The notes under the pieces: model-generated
Told to the model about the DNA's origin: nothing
The model's database searches: none
Seen by the model: only the letters and a program-made list of their open reading frames with translations
Shown here: positions 9,811 through 20,237 of the stretch, in pieces
Position numbering within the stretch: position 1 is the stretch's first letter
Layout: each line of letters begins with the position of its first letter
Position numbers and translations under genes: made by a program
DNA from: Alphaproteobacteria bacterium
GTDB lineage: Bacteria > Pseudomonadota > Alphaproteobacteria > RF32 > CAG-239
Reading direction: 5' to 3'
DNA: 64,000 nt
Assembly (NCBI GenBank): GCA_045643605.1
Contig: JAZULC010000010.1
Span: 96,573-160,572 of the forward strand

Positions 9811-11538
9811 TTATCTTCCTTGATTACGCGTAGGCGTAGGAATGATTGGAGCCTTCGGTGTTGAAGAATTATTTGCTTCTTCTTGTTTATTCTTTTCCTC
9901 TTCTCTTTTTTTCTTTTCAGCCTCATCTTTTTCGTGTTGTTTCAAGAATTCACTACCAGGTTTATAACTTGTAGGCGGTTCCATTTTTGGTAATGAAAGC
10001 TCGCAATGTCCCTTGCTTTTTAAGTTATCAATGGTATTATCAAGATCTTTCTTCGCAGATTTCCAAACATCAGCAACATAAGTGTTTTGGCTTCTTTTTG
10101 GTCCAGGTAGTACAGCCAGCTTATATTGTTCCATTAATCTGTTTTCTGCATCGACAGTTTCACGACGCATAAATACACCGAACATAAATTTCATATCTTC
10201 TGCGCTCATGGTTTCAACAGCTGATTCCAGTCTGCCATCAAAATGCTTAAGTAAAGCTTCTTTTTCCATAGGATCCTTTGCAGAAGTAATTAAATGAGCG
10301 ATACTTCTGCTGTTTTGGTAAGATTTAAGTACTCTATTGACAGAAGAAATAGCTGCAATAGACTTTTCTGCATCGCCAAGTTCTCTTCCTACAGGCAACA
10401 AATCTTTTAGTCCTCCGTTATCCCAAGCATCTTTCAATGTATTGTTACGTATTTCCGACTCTTGTCCAACAAAGTACTCTTTTAAATCCGAGTTCATTCT
10501 GCCAGAATATTGCTTTTCCATTCTTCTAATAAATTTTTTCTGAAATTTTTTATATTCATCTGCACCCATTTTCTTTTGTGCTTCTTCAAGCAGTTCTTTC
10601 ATATCTTGAACAGAAAAATCTACACCGGTCGGAACGATTCCTTTTTTAGCCAATTCTTTCTGAATAGGACCTCTATCTTTAGGTAATACTCCGCTAATAT
10701 TCATGTATGCATGACCTGTAGATTTTATCGCTGCAGCTAATGTTTTAGCAATATCATCGCTAACTTTGCCATTATTTTTGATATGATATTTAAAAGAAGC
10801 TGGTTTTCCTGGAAATTGTTTTACATAAAGCCTTGCATCCGGTATAACACGTCCTTTATCTATTTTTTCTTTCAAACTGCGTGCATCAGGATCTTCATCA
10901 TATAAATTATAAACAGTATCAAACACCCCAAAGCCACGAGATTTTTTAACTACTTTTCCCATATTTGCATCTATGGCTTTTGCCATTGCTGAATACGCAT
11001 CATTAAATACCACGGACTTAGCATTGATACCCCTAGCTTGATCTCCAAAATCTTTTAGCTGATCCGGTGTCAATGTACCATTGTTCAGCATTTTTTGCAT
11101 TTCTTCAATTAATCTGGCCAATTTTTCATCATTTGAAGCCATAGTTGACAAGTCAATGCCTGTTGCTTCCATTTGTTCACAAAATCCTTTAATATTTGTT
11201 CCGGATTCTGCTATTTTATCTACTAATTTATCACCAATAACTGAAGTTTTTATTTCACCACCATCAGTTTTTTCCGAACGAATGACAAAATCTTTTTCAA
11301 AACCTTTTAATAGCAGAGCGGGTTGCCCTTGTTGATCTGCAGAAATTACTAAATTATCCTTATTTTTCAGCTTAATTTTATCTTTTATTTGGTATAAACG
11401 AGCAAAATCATCGGGATACTTAGCGTATAATTCTTCATATTGTTTTTTATTAGGATCTTTGCTAATCATTTCTTTCATAGATTTTGGATCCTGATATTCA
11501 GGGGATAATGTAAAACCTAAAAACTCTATTGATTTCAT
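9811..11538 (-). CDS. large hypothetical protein (575 aa), no signal peptide, Lys/Glu-rich C-terminal tail
   Basis: Long ORF with coding periodicity and RBS. No recognisable catalytic motif. Several spurious antisense ORFs lie inside it. Confidence 0.5.
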   Translation of the reverse strand: MKSIEFLGFTLSPEYQDPKSMKEMISKDPNKKQYEELYAKYPDDFARLYQIKDKIKLKNKDNLVISADQQGQPALLLKGFEKDFVIRSEKTDGGEIKTSVIGDKLVDKIAESGTNIKGFCEQMEATGIDLSTMASNDEKLARLIEEMQKMLNNGTLTPDQLKDFGDQARGINAKSVVFNDAYSAMAKAIDANMGKVVKKSRGFGVFDTVYNLYDEDPDARSLKEKIDKGRVIPDARLYVKQFPGKPASFKYHIKNNGKVSDDIAKTLAAAIKSTGHAYMNISGVLPKDRGPIQKELAKKGIVPTGVDFSVQDMKELLEEAQKKMGADEYKKFQKKFIRRMEKQYSGRMNSDLKEYFVGQESEIRNNTLKDAWDNGGLKDLLPVGRELGDAEKSIAAISSVNRVLKSYQNSRSIAHLITSAKDPMEKEALLKHFDGRLESAVETMSAEDMKFMFGVFMRRETVDAENRLMEQYKLAVLPGPKRSQNTYVADVWKSAKKDLDNTIDNLKSKGHCELSLPKMEPPTSYKPGSEFLKQHEKDEAEKKKREEEKNKQEEANNSSTPKAPIIPTPTRNQGR

Positions 11539-11636
11539 GATGATTTACTCCTTATAACCTATCAAATATAACGTTATAATAGCATATATATTTTTAATTG
11601 CAAGTTTTTTGTCAAAAATTTTTATGCAAATTTAGA

Positions 11637-11654
11637 ATCTGGTGCCCCGAAGAA
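11637..11654. repeat. 18-bp direct repeat: copy of the tRNA-Leu(CAG) 3' end (att-like)
   Basis: atctggtgccccgaagaa is identical to 12768..12785 (3' end of tRNA-Leu plus 3 nt). Confidence 0.55.
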
Positions 11655-11756
11655 ACGATTATCTGGCTAACCGCCATAATAAACTAATAAACCTAAAGCT
11701 AAAATAGACTCTTTTTATGAAAAGATATCAAGCAATTTTTAAAGGAATACAAAGGT

Positions 11757-12524
11757 TTATTTTTTTGTGTGTTTCTTTAAAAACTCAATAGATTTTTCGG
11801 AATCAATTAAATGACATTCAACAGCTAATTTTGCCTTAGGACAATATTGTTGTGTCAATTTTAATAATTTCTTAAAATCAATCGTTCCACCATCAAACCC
11901 ATTATGTTCATCATTATGAGTATTATTTAATTGCCCATGGTTATTATGTAGATGCATATAACCAATACGTTTATTTAATGTTTTTATCCAATCATAAACG
12001 GACATATCCGAATTACAATGTGCATGACCGACATCTAAACAAATCTTTAAACGTTTATCATTAACAGCATCAACTTCTTTCAACATAATACTACTGTCTA
12101 ATTCTAACATATTTTCAATCATCATTGTGATTGAATCATCTTTATCAGCAAAGAATTCTTGCCAAAATGTTGTTGCTCTTTTTATCCAGTTTGGAATATT
12201 GGATGTAAGTGGTACATATCCATCATGAACAACAATGCTATCACAACCTAACTCCTTTGCTATTTTATAGGCATAGTTAAACCATTTCATAGTTTCTTTT
12301 CTTAAACTAGGCATAGCAGAACCTAGATTTAAATCCCAAAAAGGAGCATGAAGGGATCTATGTTTAATTCCTTTTGAAAGCTCTTTTTCGTGGATAACCT
12401 CTCTTTTAACATTTTTCAATAATGGATCCGCAAATGTTTGAAATTCTATACCAATCTTTTGGCGTTTAATGATTTCCAAAGCATTATCAAACTTACCTGA
12501 ATCGCACAATCTAATATCTACCAT
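11757..12524 (-). CDS. sugar phosphate isomerase/epimerase family protein (xylose isomerase-like TIM barrel)
   Basis: 255 aa with the His/Asp/Glu metal-ligand pattern of the AP endonuclease 2/TIM-barrel family (HAPF..., VVHDG, IENM.E, DVGHAH). Confidence 0.65.
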   Translation of the reverse strand: MVDIRLCDSGKFDNALEIIKRQKIGIEFQTFADPLLKNVKREVIHEKELSKGIKHRSLHAPFWDLNLGSAMPSLRKETMKWFNYAYKIAKELGCDSIVVHDGYVPLTSNIPNWIKRATTFWQEFFADKDDSITMMIENMLELDSSIMLKEVDAVNDKRLKICLDVGHAHCNSDMSVYDWIKTLNKRIGYMHLHNNHGQLNNTHNDEHNGFDGGTIDFKKLLKLTQQYCPKAKLAVECHLIDSEKSIEFLKKHTKK

Positions 12525-12770
12525 ATTACTCCCTTTTCTGTTATAATCTATACTTTACATAATTATTATTAAAACACAATAAATTATTTCATTTCACCTT
12601 TGGTGCTGATTAAACTCGAACTTAAATAAGTGCTTGTTTTTTAAAGAAATTAATTTTATCGGTTCGATAATTCATAAAAAATACACTTTTTTAAACTCGT
12701 CATTATCGAACTCATCAGAAGCCATATAGGATAAGGAAAAAGCCACCTTTTGACAGGTTGCTGTAAGATC

Positions 12771-12856
12771 TGGTGCCCCGAAGAAGACTCGAACTTCCAC
12801 TGCCATCGGCAACATGCACCTGAAGCATGCGCGTCTACCAATTTCGCCATCGGGGC
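12771..12856 (-). tRNA. tRNA-Leu(CAG)
   Basis: 86-nt cloverleaf on the minus strand: GCCCCGA acceptor, anticodon loop tTCAGgt, long variable arm, GTTCGAGTC T-loop, CCA end. Confidence 0.85.
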
Positions 12857-12868
12857 TTTAATATCTTT

Positions 12869-13690
12869 TTACCAAGTTATATGCAAAATATTATAAGAAT
12901 CAAGTAATAAATATGTTCCCAGAACAATTCTGTATATAACAAAAGGCAAAAATGTTGATTTTTTTAACCACCACATCATAACATATATGGCAATTAAAGA
13001 AACAACAAAAGAATACCATATTGCTTGATACATATATATAATATTCTCATCAATGCCATTCATGTAAATTTCTATTGTTTGCAATATTCCAGCACATAAA
13101 ATTGCAGGTATAGCTAATAACATAGAAAATTTAGCAGCTTCTCTTCTTTCCAAACCGATAAATCTTCCCATCGTAATAGTAATACCGGAACGAGAAACCC
13201 CCGGAATTAAAGCAAGACATTGAGCACATCCTATAATAACCGCATCTTTAATTGTTAAGGAGTGTATTTTTTTGACCATGATACTTAATCTATCAGCAAA
13301 TAACAATAAAATTCCGCCTAAGAGAATCGTCCATCCTATAATTTTAGGATTTCTCAACCACTCCATACCGTATAATTTAAGGATGATTCCACAAATTATT
13401 GCCGGAATTGTTGCAACAACAATAGTATAAAAGAGTTTATTTCCTTCATATTCAAAATTCGGCAATATTTTTCCATAATATAAACCCTTGAGCATATTTA
13501 TCAATTCTTTACTGAAATATATACAAACAGCAATTATAGATCCAATATGTAGAGCAATATCTATGGCAATTCCCTGGTCCACAAAATCAGTAAATTTTGA
13601 GAATAAAATTAAATGTCCCGAAGAACTGACAGGCAAAAATTCTGTTAATCCCTGTAAAATAGAAAGCATTAAAATCTGTAATGTACTCAT
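12869..13690 (-). CDS. uppP: undecaprenyl-diphosphate phosphatase
   Basis: LQGLTEFLPVSSSGHL... BacA signature, 8 TM helices. Confidence 0.9.
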   Translation of the reverse strand: MSTLQILMLSILQGLTEFLPVSSSGHLILFSKFTDFVDQGIAIDIALHIGSIIAVCIYFSKELINMLKGLYYGKILPNFEYEGNKLFYTIVVATIPAIICGIILKLYGMEWLRNPKIIGWTILLGGILLLFADRLSIMVKKIHSLTIKDAVIIGCAQCLALIPGVSRSGITITMGRFIGLERREAAKFSMLLAIPAILCAGILQTIEIYMNGIDENIIYMYQAIWYSFVVSLIAIYVMMWWLKKSTFLPFVIYRIVLGTYLLLDSYNILHITW

Positions 13691-13708
13691 ATTATATTTC
13701 CAAGATTG

Positions 13709-14542
13709 TTATAAATCAAAACACAAAGAATCTTTATTCATATTTTGCAATGAAGCCGGGTTAAAACGAACATTATTTAATGAAACTCCATAATGCAAAT
13801 GCGGACCTGTGGCTCTCCCTGTTTTCCCGACAGTACCTATTATTTCACCTTGTTTTACCTGTTGCCCTTCTTTAACTTTCGTTGTTTTCATATGCGCATA
13901 AATAGTAAACAGATTATGTCCGTGATCAATAACTACCATATTACCGGAATAAAAATAATTTCCACCGCTTAATCTCACAACACCATCATTTGCAGCAAAA
14001 ATTTCCGTTCCTTCCGGAGCTGCTATATCTATTCCTCTGTGATAACTTTTAGGCTCTCCGTTAATAATTCTCTGACCGCCAAATTCTCCACTGATACGGC
14101 CACCTTTGATAGGATTTATAAAGCCATTATGCCAAAAATTAAAATCTGACTGTATTGACAAAGCTCTGTTCAAGTCATCATTTTCTTTTTGTATTTTAGC
14201 TAAATTTTCTCCTGATGGATTAACGGTTTTTTGTGGAACACCATCAACTTTTTGAATATCCCATTTTGTAGGCTTTACAAACAAATAATAATCGTGTTTT
14301 TCTTTCTCTTTATCAACAGTAACAAGGTGTATTTCTTTCTTTTCATCACGAGATATTGCTATACCGAACTGTCCATCCTGGGTCAAAGGCAATTGATTAC
14401 TTTTAAAAAATACTTTTTGAGCAGAAGCATCTTTTCCTATCAACATTTCACCTTGAATAGCTTTGCCGCAAATCGTCAAAGCGTTAGCTGACAAACAATT
14501 CATGATTAAAATGCTACTCAAATAAATCGCCTTGCAATTCAT
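13709..14542 (-). CDS. M23 family metallopeptidase (LytM domain), secreted
   Basis: Signal peptide. HxxxD...HLHY zinc motifs (YHRGIDIAAPEGT, GPHLHYGV). Confidence 0.8.
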   Translation of the reverse strand: MNCKAIYLSSILIMNCLSANALTICGKAIQGEMLIGKDASAQKVFFKSNQLPLTQDGQFGIAISRDEKKEIHLVTVDKEKEKHDYYLFVKPTKWDIQKVDGVPQKTVNPSGENLAKIQKENDDLNRALSIQSDFNFWHNGFINPIKGGRISGEFGGQRIINGEPKSYHRGIDIAAPEGTEIFAANDGVVRLSGGNYFYSGNMVVIDHGHNLFTIYAHMKTTKVKEGQQVKQGEIIGTVGKTGRATGPHLHYGVSLNNVRFNPASLQNMNKDSLCFDL

Positions 14543-15806
14543 TATTTTTCTCCATAATTTTTGTTTTTATATTGCCATCAGCAAAATTAACTTGCAGATA
14601 TTTTTGTTTTAGAGCATCTTTTGATGTATAAATTGTTTTACCCTTTTCATTTTTAATCCACGCAAAACCCCTGTGCATAATAGCTTCAACAGAAGAAGCC
14701 TGTAATCTCTCTGATAAAATTCTTAACACATCAGAATTTTTTTCTACCATGCTTTTAATTAAAAAAGGCTTTAAATTGCAAGATAATAAGTATTGTTTTT
14801 TTGCGTGCAACATAGAGATAAATGCAGTTTTCAATCTATCAATTCTATCATCTAATTTCTGCCTGCTTTCATCTAATATCTGTTCTAACTTCGGAATACC
14901 TCTTTCAAGGCCGTCTAATCTGTATTTTAGTTCTGATAAATATCTGTTAAGAGCATCTGTTTTTCTGTTACCGAGAACACTTATACGAGTTTGTAATTCG
15001 GCTTTTACAGGAACGGCAAATTCTGCGGCTCCCGTAGGTGTAGGTGCTCTTAAATCAGCAACATAATCTATCAGCATTGTATCTGTTTCATGTCCCACAG
15101 CAGATATAATCGGAATTTGAGATTCGAACACAGCTTTAATCACAACCTCCTCATTAAAAGCCCATAAATCTTCTAAACTTCCGCCTCCTCTTGCAACAAT
15201 AATTACATCAGGTTTGGGAATATTGTTTTTTGGAAAGCTGTTAAATAAACGAATATTTTCTGCAATTTTTTCAGCAGAACCTTCTCCTTGAACCGGAGTA
15301 GGTAACAATAAAATACGAGATGGAAAACGATCTCTAATACGATGAATAATATCTCTGATTACGGCACCGCTGGCACTGGTAACTACTCCTATTGTATCAG
15401 GCAAATATGGTATTTTTTTCTTATGTTCTATATCAAAATAACCCATTTCACTGAATTTTTGTTTGCGTTCTTCTAATAATTTTAAGAGTGTTCCAACACC
15501 GGCAATTTCCATATTCTCTATTACTAATTGATAAGAAGATTTTCCTGAAAAAGTAGTAATTTTTCCTGTTGCCACGACTTCTATTCCGTCTTCTATTTTA
15601 AGTGGCAGTGAAAGGGCTACACCTTTCCAGCAAACAGCAGAAATAATTGCATTTTCATCTTTTAAAGATAAATACCAGTGCCCTGAATCGGCTTTTTTGG
15701 CACCAAAGATTTCTCCTCGTATTCTGACTTTGCTAAAAGTCATTTCCACGCATTGCTTAATTGCAAAAGAAATTTGGCTGACACTATATTCTGTTATTTC
15801 ATTCAT
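14514..15806 (-). CDS. xseA: exodeoxyribonuclease VII large subunit
   Basis: OB-fold N-terminus (VRIRGEI...), central catalytic region, coiled-coil C-terminus. Length 430 aa. Confidence 0.9.
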   Translation of the reverse strand: MNEITEYSVSQISFAIKQCVEMTFSKVRIRGEIFGAKKADSGHWYLSLKDENAIISAVCWKGVALSLPLKIEDGIEVVATGKITTFSGKSSYQLVIENMEIAGVGTLLKLLEERKQKFSEMGYFDIEHKKKIPYLPDTIGVVTSASGAVIRDIIHRIRDRFPSRILLLPTPVQGEGSAEKIAENIRLFNSFPKNNIPKPDVIIVARGGGSLEDLWAFNEEVVIKAVFESQIPIISAVGHETDTMLIDYVADLRAPTPTGAAEFAVPVKAELQTRISVLGNRKTDALNRYLSELKYRLDGLERGIPKLEQILDESRQKLDDRIDRLKTAFISMLHAKKQYLLSCNLKPFLIKSMVEKNSDVLRILSERLQASSVEAIMHRGFAWIKNEKGKTIYTSKDALKQKYLQVNFADGNIKTKIMEKNNELQGDLFE

Positions 15807-16735
15807 ATTCCCAATAACCCTTTTGCAAAACTTGCACTTTCAAAAACATCTAAATCTTCTATTTGTTCGCCTATCCCTATAAAATAAATCGGCAAATTAT
15901 ATTGTTGTGAAACTGCAACTAAAATACCTCCTTTTGAAGTTCCGTCAAGTTTGGTAATAATTAATCCGGAAACATCACTAATTTTATTGAATGATTCAAC
16001 TTGAGAAAGTGCATTTTGACCGGTTGTTGCATCTATGGTAAGCAAAGTCTGATGTGGTGCATCAGGAATAACTTTTTTTATAACTCGATTTATTTTTGCC
16101 AACTCGTCCATTAAATCAGTTTTATTTTGTAATCTTCCGGCAGTATCAATAAATACAATATCATCATGTTGTTTTATTGCCTCTGTCAAACCATCAAAAC
16201 AAAGTCCAGCGGCATCACAACCGTTTTCTCCCGAAAACACTCTTATATTATTTCTGTTACCCCATATTTTTAACTGTTCTACTGCGGCTGCTCTGAATGT
16301 ATCTGCAGCAATAAAAGAAATTTTTGGTTGTCTGTGGCCAAAAACATCACTTTTTTGAAATCTTGCTGCTAATTTTCCTATAGTAGTAGTTTTTCCTCCG
16401 CCGTTTACTCCAACCATTAAAATAACAAACGGCTTTTTATTATCATCAATAACAAAAGTTTTTTCATTATTTTTAAGAATTTGAGAAATTTTGTCTGCCA
16501 AAATCAGTTTAATATCATCTTCACTGCAATCTTTACCGAATTTTTCTTTTTTTAATTCATCAATAATTTTTTTTGTTACTGCTACACCCAAATCAGCCAT
16601 CAATAACGTATCTTCTAAACTTTCTAATGTTTGATTATCTATTTTTTTCTTTGAAAAAATATCACTTAATTCTAAAGATAAATGAGATGAAGATTTTTTA
16701 AGTCCATTGCTTAATCTTTGAAAAAAATTATTCAT
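15803..16735 (-). CDS. ftsY: signal recognition particle-docking protein FtsY
   Basis: SRP GTPase NG domain (GVNGGGKTTTIGKLA, DTAGR, TKLDG). Confidence 0.9.
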   Translation of the reverse strand: MNNFFQRLSNGLKKSSSHLSLELSDIFSKKKIDNQTLESLEDTLLMADLGVAVTKKIIDELKKEKFGKDCSEDDIKLILADKISQILKNNEKTFVIDDNKKPFVILMVGVNGGGKTTTIGKLAARFQKSDVFGHRQPKISFIAADTFRAAAVEQLKIWGNRNNIRVFSGENGCDAAGLCFDGLTEAIKQHDDIVFIDTAGRLQNKTDLMDELAKINRVIKKVIPDAPHQTLLTIDATTGQNALSQVESFNKISDVSGLIITKLDGTSKGGILVAVSQQYNLPIYFIGIGEQIEDLDVFESASFAKGLLGI

Positions 16736-17765
16736 TGCTCATTCCTTTTTCTCTCAAAACTTTTGCTCTTTGTCTGCGTGTATACATATCAACCTGTGGC
16801 ATTAGAGCCGCAGGCGTGCCTTTTCGTTCAGAATATGGAAATACATGCAAATTTGTAATTCCGGCTTCTTCTATAAGTTTATATGTATTTTTAAAATTTT
16901 CTTCAGTTTCTGTAGGAAATCCACAGATAAAATCTGCACCAAAAATTGCATCTGCACGTTTTTCCTTAATTTTTTTGCAAATATTGATAACATCTTCTCT
17001 TGAATGTCTTCTGCACATACGCTTTAAGATTAAGTTATCTCCCGATTGTACAGAAAAATGGAAATATGGCTTTATTCGTAAATTTGATGATAATTCTACA
17101 AATTTATCATCAATCATTGCCGGATCAAGAGAACCTAAAGCCAATTTATATGTATCTGCCGTATTTTCCAAAATGTATTCTATCAAACTTGAAAGTGACG
17201 GTTCATAAGAACAAATATCAACACCGGTTAAACAAATTTCTGTAAATCCTTTGGCTGTTAATTCATTAATTTGTTCTACAATATGGGCTTTGTCAACACA
17301 ACGATTATTTCCTCTGGCAAAAGGAATTATGCAATATGTACAACGATGATTGCAACCTTGTTGAATTTGCACAAAAGCCTTTTGTCTGCCCTCAAAACCG
17401 GTAATCATGTATTCATCACATTCTTTGTAAGAAGCAATATCTCCAACGATAACTTTTTCTGAAAGATTTTTTGAAATATATTTTTCTATTTGAGTTTTTT
17501 CCTTATTGCCAAGAATTAAATCAACTTCTTTCATTGTTGAAAATTTGTTGGGATACAATTGAGCAGCACAACCGGTCACAATAATTTTCGCAAGAGGATT
17601 TTCTTTTTTTAATTTACGGACAGTCTGACGACATTGGCGTTCTGCTTCTGAGGTAACAGCGCACGTATTTACGACAATTACATTATCATAATCAGCAAGT
17701 TTTTCTTTAAAGATTTCTGATTCAAAAGAATTTATTCTGCAACCGAAAGTAACAACTTTTGCCAT
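16728..17765 (-). CDS. MiaB/MtaB-family radical SAM tRNA methylthiotransferase (short form, no TRAM domain)
   Basis: N-terminal MTTase Cys triad (FGCRIN...CAVT) plus radical SAM CNHRCTYC. Confidence 0.75.
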   Translation of the reverse strand: MAKVVTFGCRINSFESEIFKEKLADYDNVIVVNTCAVTSEAERQCRQTVRKLKKENPLAKIIVTGCAAQLYPNKFSTMKEVDLILGNKEKTQIEKYISKNLSEKVIVGDIASYKECDEYMITGFEGRQKAFVQIQQGCNHRCTYCIIPFARGNNRCVDKAHIVEQINELTAKGFTEICLTGVDICSYEPSLSSLIEYILENTADTYKLALGSLDPAMIDDKFVELSSNLRIKPYFHFSVQSGDNLILKRMCRRHSREDVINICKKIKEKRADAIFGADFICGFPTETEENFKNTYKLIEEAGITNLHVFPYSERKGTPAALMPQVDMYTRRQRAKVLREKGMSNE

Positions 17766-17919
17766 ATTTATTTCCCAAATATATTGGTATTTTGTGTATC
17801 ATAAGGTATAAGGATTGTCAATATTGTATATTTATATAACATATAGTTATTTTTTTATTTATTTTTAATTTTTAGCTCATATATATGCTGTATACTGCTT
17901 TAACATAAGGAGATTTTTT

Positions 17920-19338
17920 ATGCCGGCAAATACTTTTACAAAAATTTTAGCTACTATTGGCCCTGCTTCTGCTACAAAAGAAGTCCTATCTTCTTTAATA
18001 GATGCCGGGGCTGATGCTTTTCGTTTTAATTTTTCTCATGGAAAGTATGAAGAACATAAAGAAAGATATTTAACACTCCGAACACTGGCAAAAGAAAAAA
18101 ATCTTCCTTTGTGTATAGTAGCTGATATGCAAGGACCTAAATTACGTATCGGCACTTTTGAAAATGAGAAAATTTTATTGGAACCCGGAGATAAATTTAC
18201 TTTAGATTTAAATGAAATACCTGGAGATAAAACACGAGTTACACTTCCTCATAAAGAGATTTTTCAAGCATTAAAAGTCGGAGATAATTTATTATTAAAT
18301 GACGGCAATATCACATTAATCGTTGATGAAGTCGGAAATGATTATGCTAAAACAACTGTAAAATACGGTGGAATCCTTTCTTCTCATAAAGGCGTAAATT
18401 TACCGAATACAAAGTTAAATATCTCTGCTTTAACGCCAAAAGATATGCAAGATTTAAATTTTGCCCTTGATTTAGGTGTTGATTGGGTCAGTTTATCTTT
18501 TGTTCAAACCGTGCAAGATGTTATTATGGCGAAAAAGATAATCAACGGAAGAGCTTTGATTATATCTAAATTAGAAAAACCTGCTGCTATTGATGAGCTG
18601 GAAGAAATAGTAAAAGAATCTGACGGTATTATGGTTGCCCGAGGAGATTTAGGAGTAGAATGTCCGATTCAACAAGTTCCGGTTCTGCAGAAAAAAATTA
18701 TTGAAATGTGCAGAAAATATGCAAAACCTGTAATTGTTGCAACACAAATGCTCGAATCTATGATTACTGCTCCTACACCGACAAGAGCAGAAGTTTCTGA
18801 TATAGCTTCAGCAGTATATGATGGTGCTGATGCCGTTATGCTTTCTGCAGAAACTGCTGTCGGCTCGTTTCCTGTGGAAGCTGTTGCCATGATGCACAAA
18901 ACCATTAAAGAAGTTGAAAAGGATAAAAATTTTGAAGCATATATGAATAATTCACGTATTCATAATCATTCTGTTTCAGAAGCCGATGCTATTACCGTTG
19001 CTGCCGGTGAAATGTCTGGTATTTTAGAAAATGTTGCCGGTATTGTAACTTATAGTATAAGTGGGCACTCTGCTTTTTTAATGGCAAAAGAACGCCGATA
19101 TTTGCCAATTATTGCTATCGTTAGTACAGAAACTGTAGCGCAAAGATTAAATCTATGCTGGGGAATAACAAGCTTTGTAAATAAAGATGTATTTGATAAT
19201 TTTAAAATAGAAACAGTAGCAAAAAATATTGCTTTAAATCATAATTTTGCAAAAAACGGTCAATATTTAATTCTGATTGCCGGATATCCTTTCGGTGAAG
19301 CGGAACATACAAATTTACTCCATACTATAAAAATATGA
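17920..19338 (+). CDS. pyk: pyruvate kinase
   Basis: TKILATIGPAS, MVARGDLG and the full PK barrel/C-terminal domain. Confidence 0.9.
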   Translation: MPANTFTKILATIGPASATKEVLSSLIDAGADAFRFNFSHGKYEEHKERYLTLRTLAKEKNLPLCIVADMQGPKLRIGTFENEKILLEPGDKFTLDLNEIPGDKTRVTLPHKEIFQALKVGDNLLLNDGNITLIVDEVGNDYAKTTVKYGGILSSHKGVNLPNTKLNISALTPKDMQDLNFALDLGVDWVSLSFVQTVQDVIMAKKIINGRALIISKLEKPAAIDELEEIVKESDGIMVARGDLGVECPIQQVPVLQKKIIEMCRKYAKPVIVATQMLESMITAPTPTRAEVSDIASAVYDGADAVMLSAETAVGSFPVEAVAMMHKTIKEVEKDKNFEAYMNNSRIHNHSVSEADAITVAAGEMSGILENVAGIVTYSISGHSAFLMAKERRYLPIIAIVSTETVAQRLNLCWGITSFVNKDVFDNFKIETVAKNIALNHNFAKNGQYLILIAGYPFGEAEHTNLLHTIKI

Positions 19339-19348
19339 TAAAAAAATA

Positions 19349-19377
19349 AAAACTCCGATATTCGGAGTTTTATTTTT
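19349..19377. terminator. bidirectional rho-independent terminator (pyk / rpmJ)
   Basis: aaactccgATAttcggagttt hairpin with flanking A/T runs. Confidence 0.45.
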
Positions 19378-19400
19378 CTAAACTAAAAAAGTACAACAAA

Positions 19401-19526
19401 TTAGCCCTGACGAACTTTCATTTTAGGGTTCTTTTTGTTAATAATATAAACACGACCATGACGACGAACGAGCTTGCAATCAGCATCACGAACTTTTTTA
19501 GATTTTAATGAACTACAAACTTTCAT
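19401..19526 (-). CDS. rpmJ: 50S ribosomal protein L36
   Basis: 41-aa [44 protein letters not shown] with RBS GAGAGGA. Matches the L36 consensus (MKV.SS.K..C..C....R.GR.Y.I...NP..K.RQG). Not in the ORF track because it is shorter than 60 aa. Confidence 0.75.
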   Translation of the reverse strand: MKVCSSLKSKKVRDADCKLVRRHGRVYIINKKNPKMKVRQG

Positions 19527-19678
19527 ATTAATGTCCTCTCATTTCTTTTGAGCGCAATCTATTCTAAAAATATACTGTTGTCAACTGTATTTTTTGAAAA
19601 ATTATAAAAAATATGTCAGAGTTGTTGCAAAATTAAATATATTCGTTATAATTACCACGAACGTGAAAGGAAAAAATT

Positions 19679-20200
19679 ATGAAACAAGTATTTGCTCTGT
19701 TTTTGTGCTTATTTACTTATGTGCAAGTTTCTATGGCCGAAGATGTCCCATCATATTTAGAAGAGGTTGAGGGATTAGGTCTAATAGCAGGACAAGGGTT
19801 AGCCTGCAAAGCCTCAAAATACGATACATTTGAACTATTAGCCAGAGCATATATAATCTCAAAAGCTACATCTGATGCTGAACAAGCAGAAGGCGTCCGT
19901 GAATTTAGCAGAGCAAAATCAAAAACATACATGTCTAAACAAATGAGTGGTTTTTTTGACTGCGCTTCTGTTCGTAAAAGATTTGATAATCAGCTTATTT
20001 TTAAGACAGTTTTATATGGGGATGGAACTATTAAAACCCCTGATGGAAAAATTATTACTCCACGTCAACCATATGATGCTACATTAATATACAAAAAAGA
20101 CCCTAAAATCTATGATGAATTGAATGAAATGAGCATAAGAGCTGAAGAAAAAGCAAAAAAACGCATAGAACGTTCTAAAAGATTAAAAAATCAAAAATAA
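19679..20200 (+). CDS. secreted hypothetical protein
   Basis: Signal peptide MKQVFALFLCLFTYVQVSMA. Basic C-terminal tail. Confidence 0.5.
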   Translation: MKQVFALFLCLFTYVQVSMAEDVPSYLEEVEGLGLIAGQGLACKASKYDTFELLARAYIISKATSDAEQAEGVREFSRAKSKTYMSKQMSGFFDCASVRKRFDNQLIFKTVLYGDGTIKTPDGKIITPRQPYDATLIYKKDPKIYDELNEMSIRAEEKAKKRIERSKRLKNQK

Positions 20201-20237
20201 ATAAAATTAATAATTTTTAATAATGTGAGGATATTAA

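Larger units (their letters stand above)
11637..12785. mobile_element. possible remnant integrated mini-island at tRNA-Leu(CAG), no recombinase retained
   Basis: One cargo gene bracketed by an 18-bp direct repeat of the tRNA 3' end. Confidence 0.3.

Noticed and set aside
9987-10543. Three small plus-strand ORFs inside the 9811..11538 gene
   Set aside because: Antisense to a long ORF with strong coding signal. Ser/Phe-rich low-complexity translations.
12656-12850. 64-aa ORF overlapping tRNA-Leu(CAG)
   Set aside because: Covered by the tRNA on the same strand.
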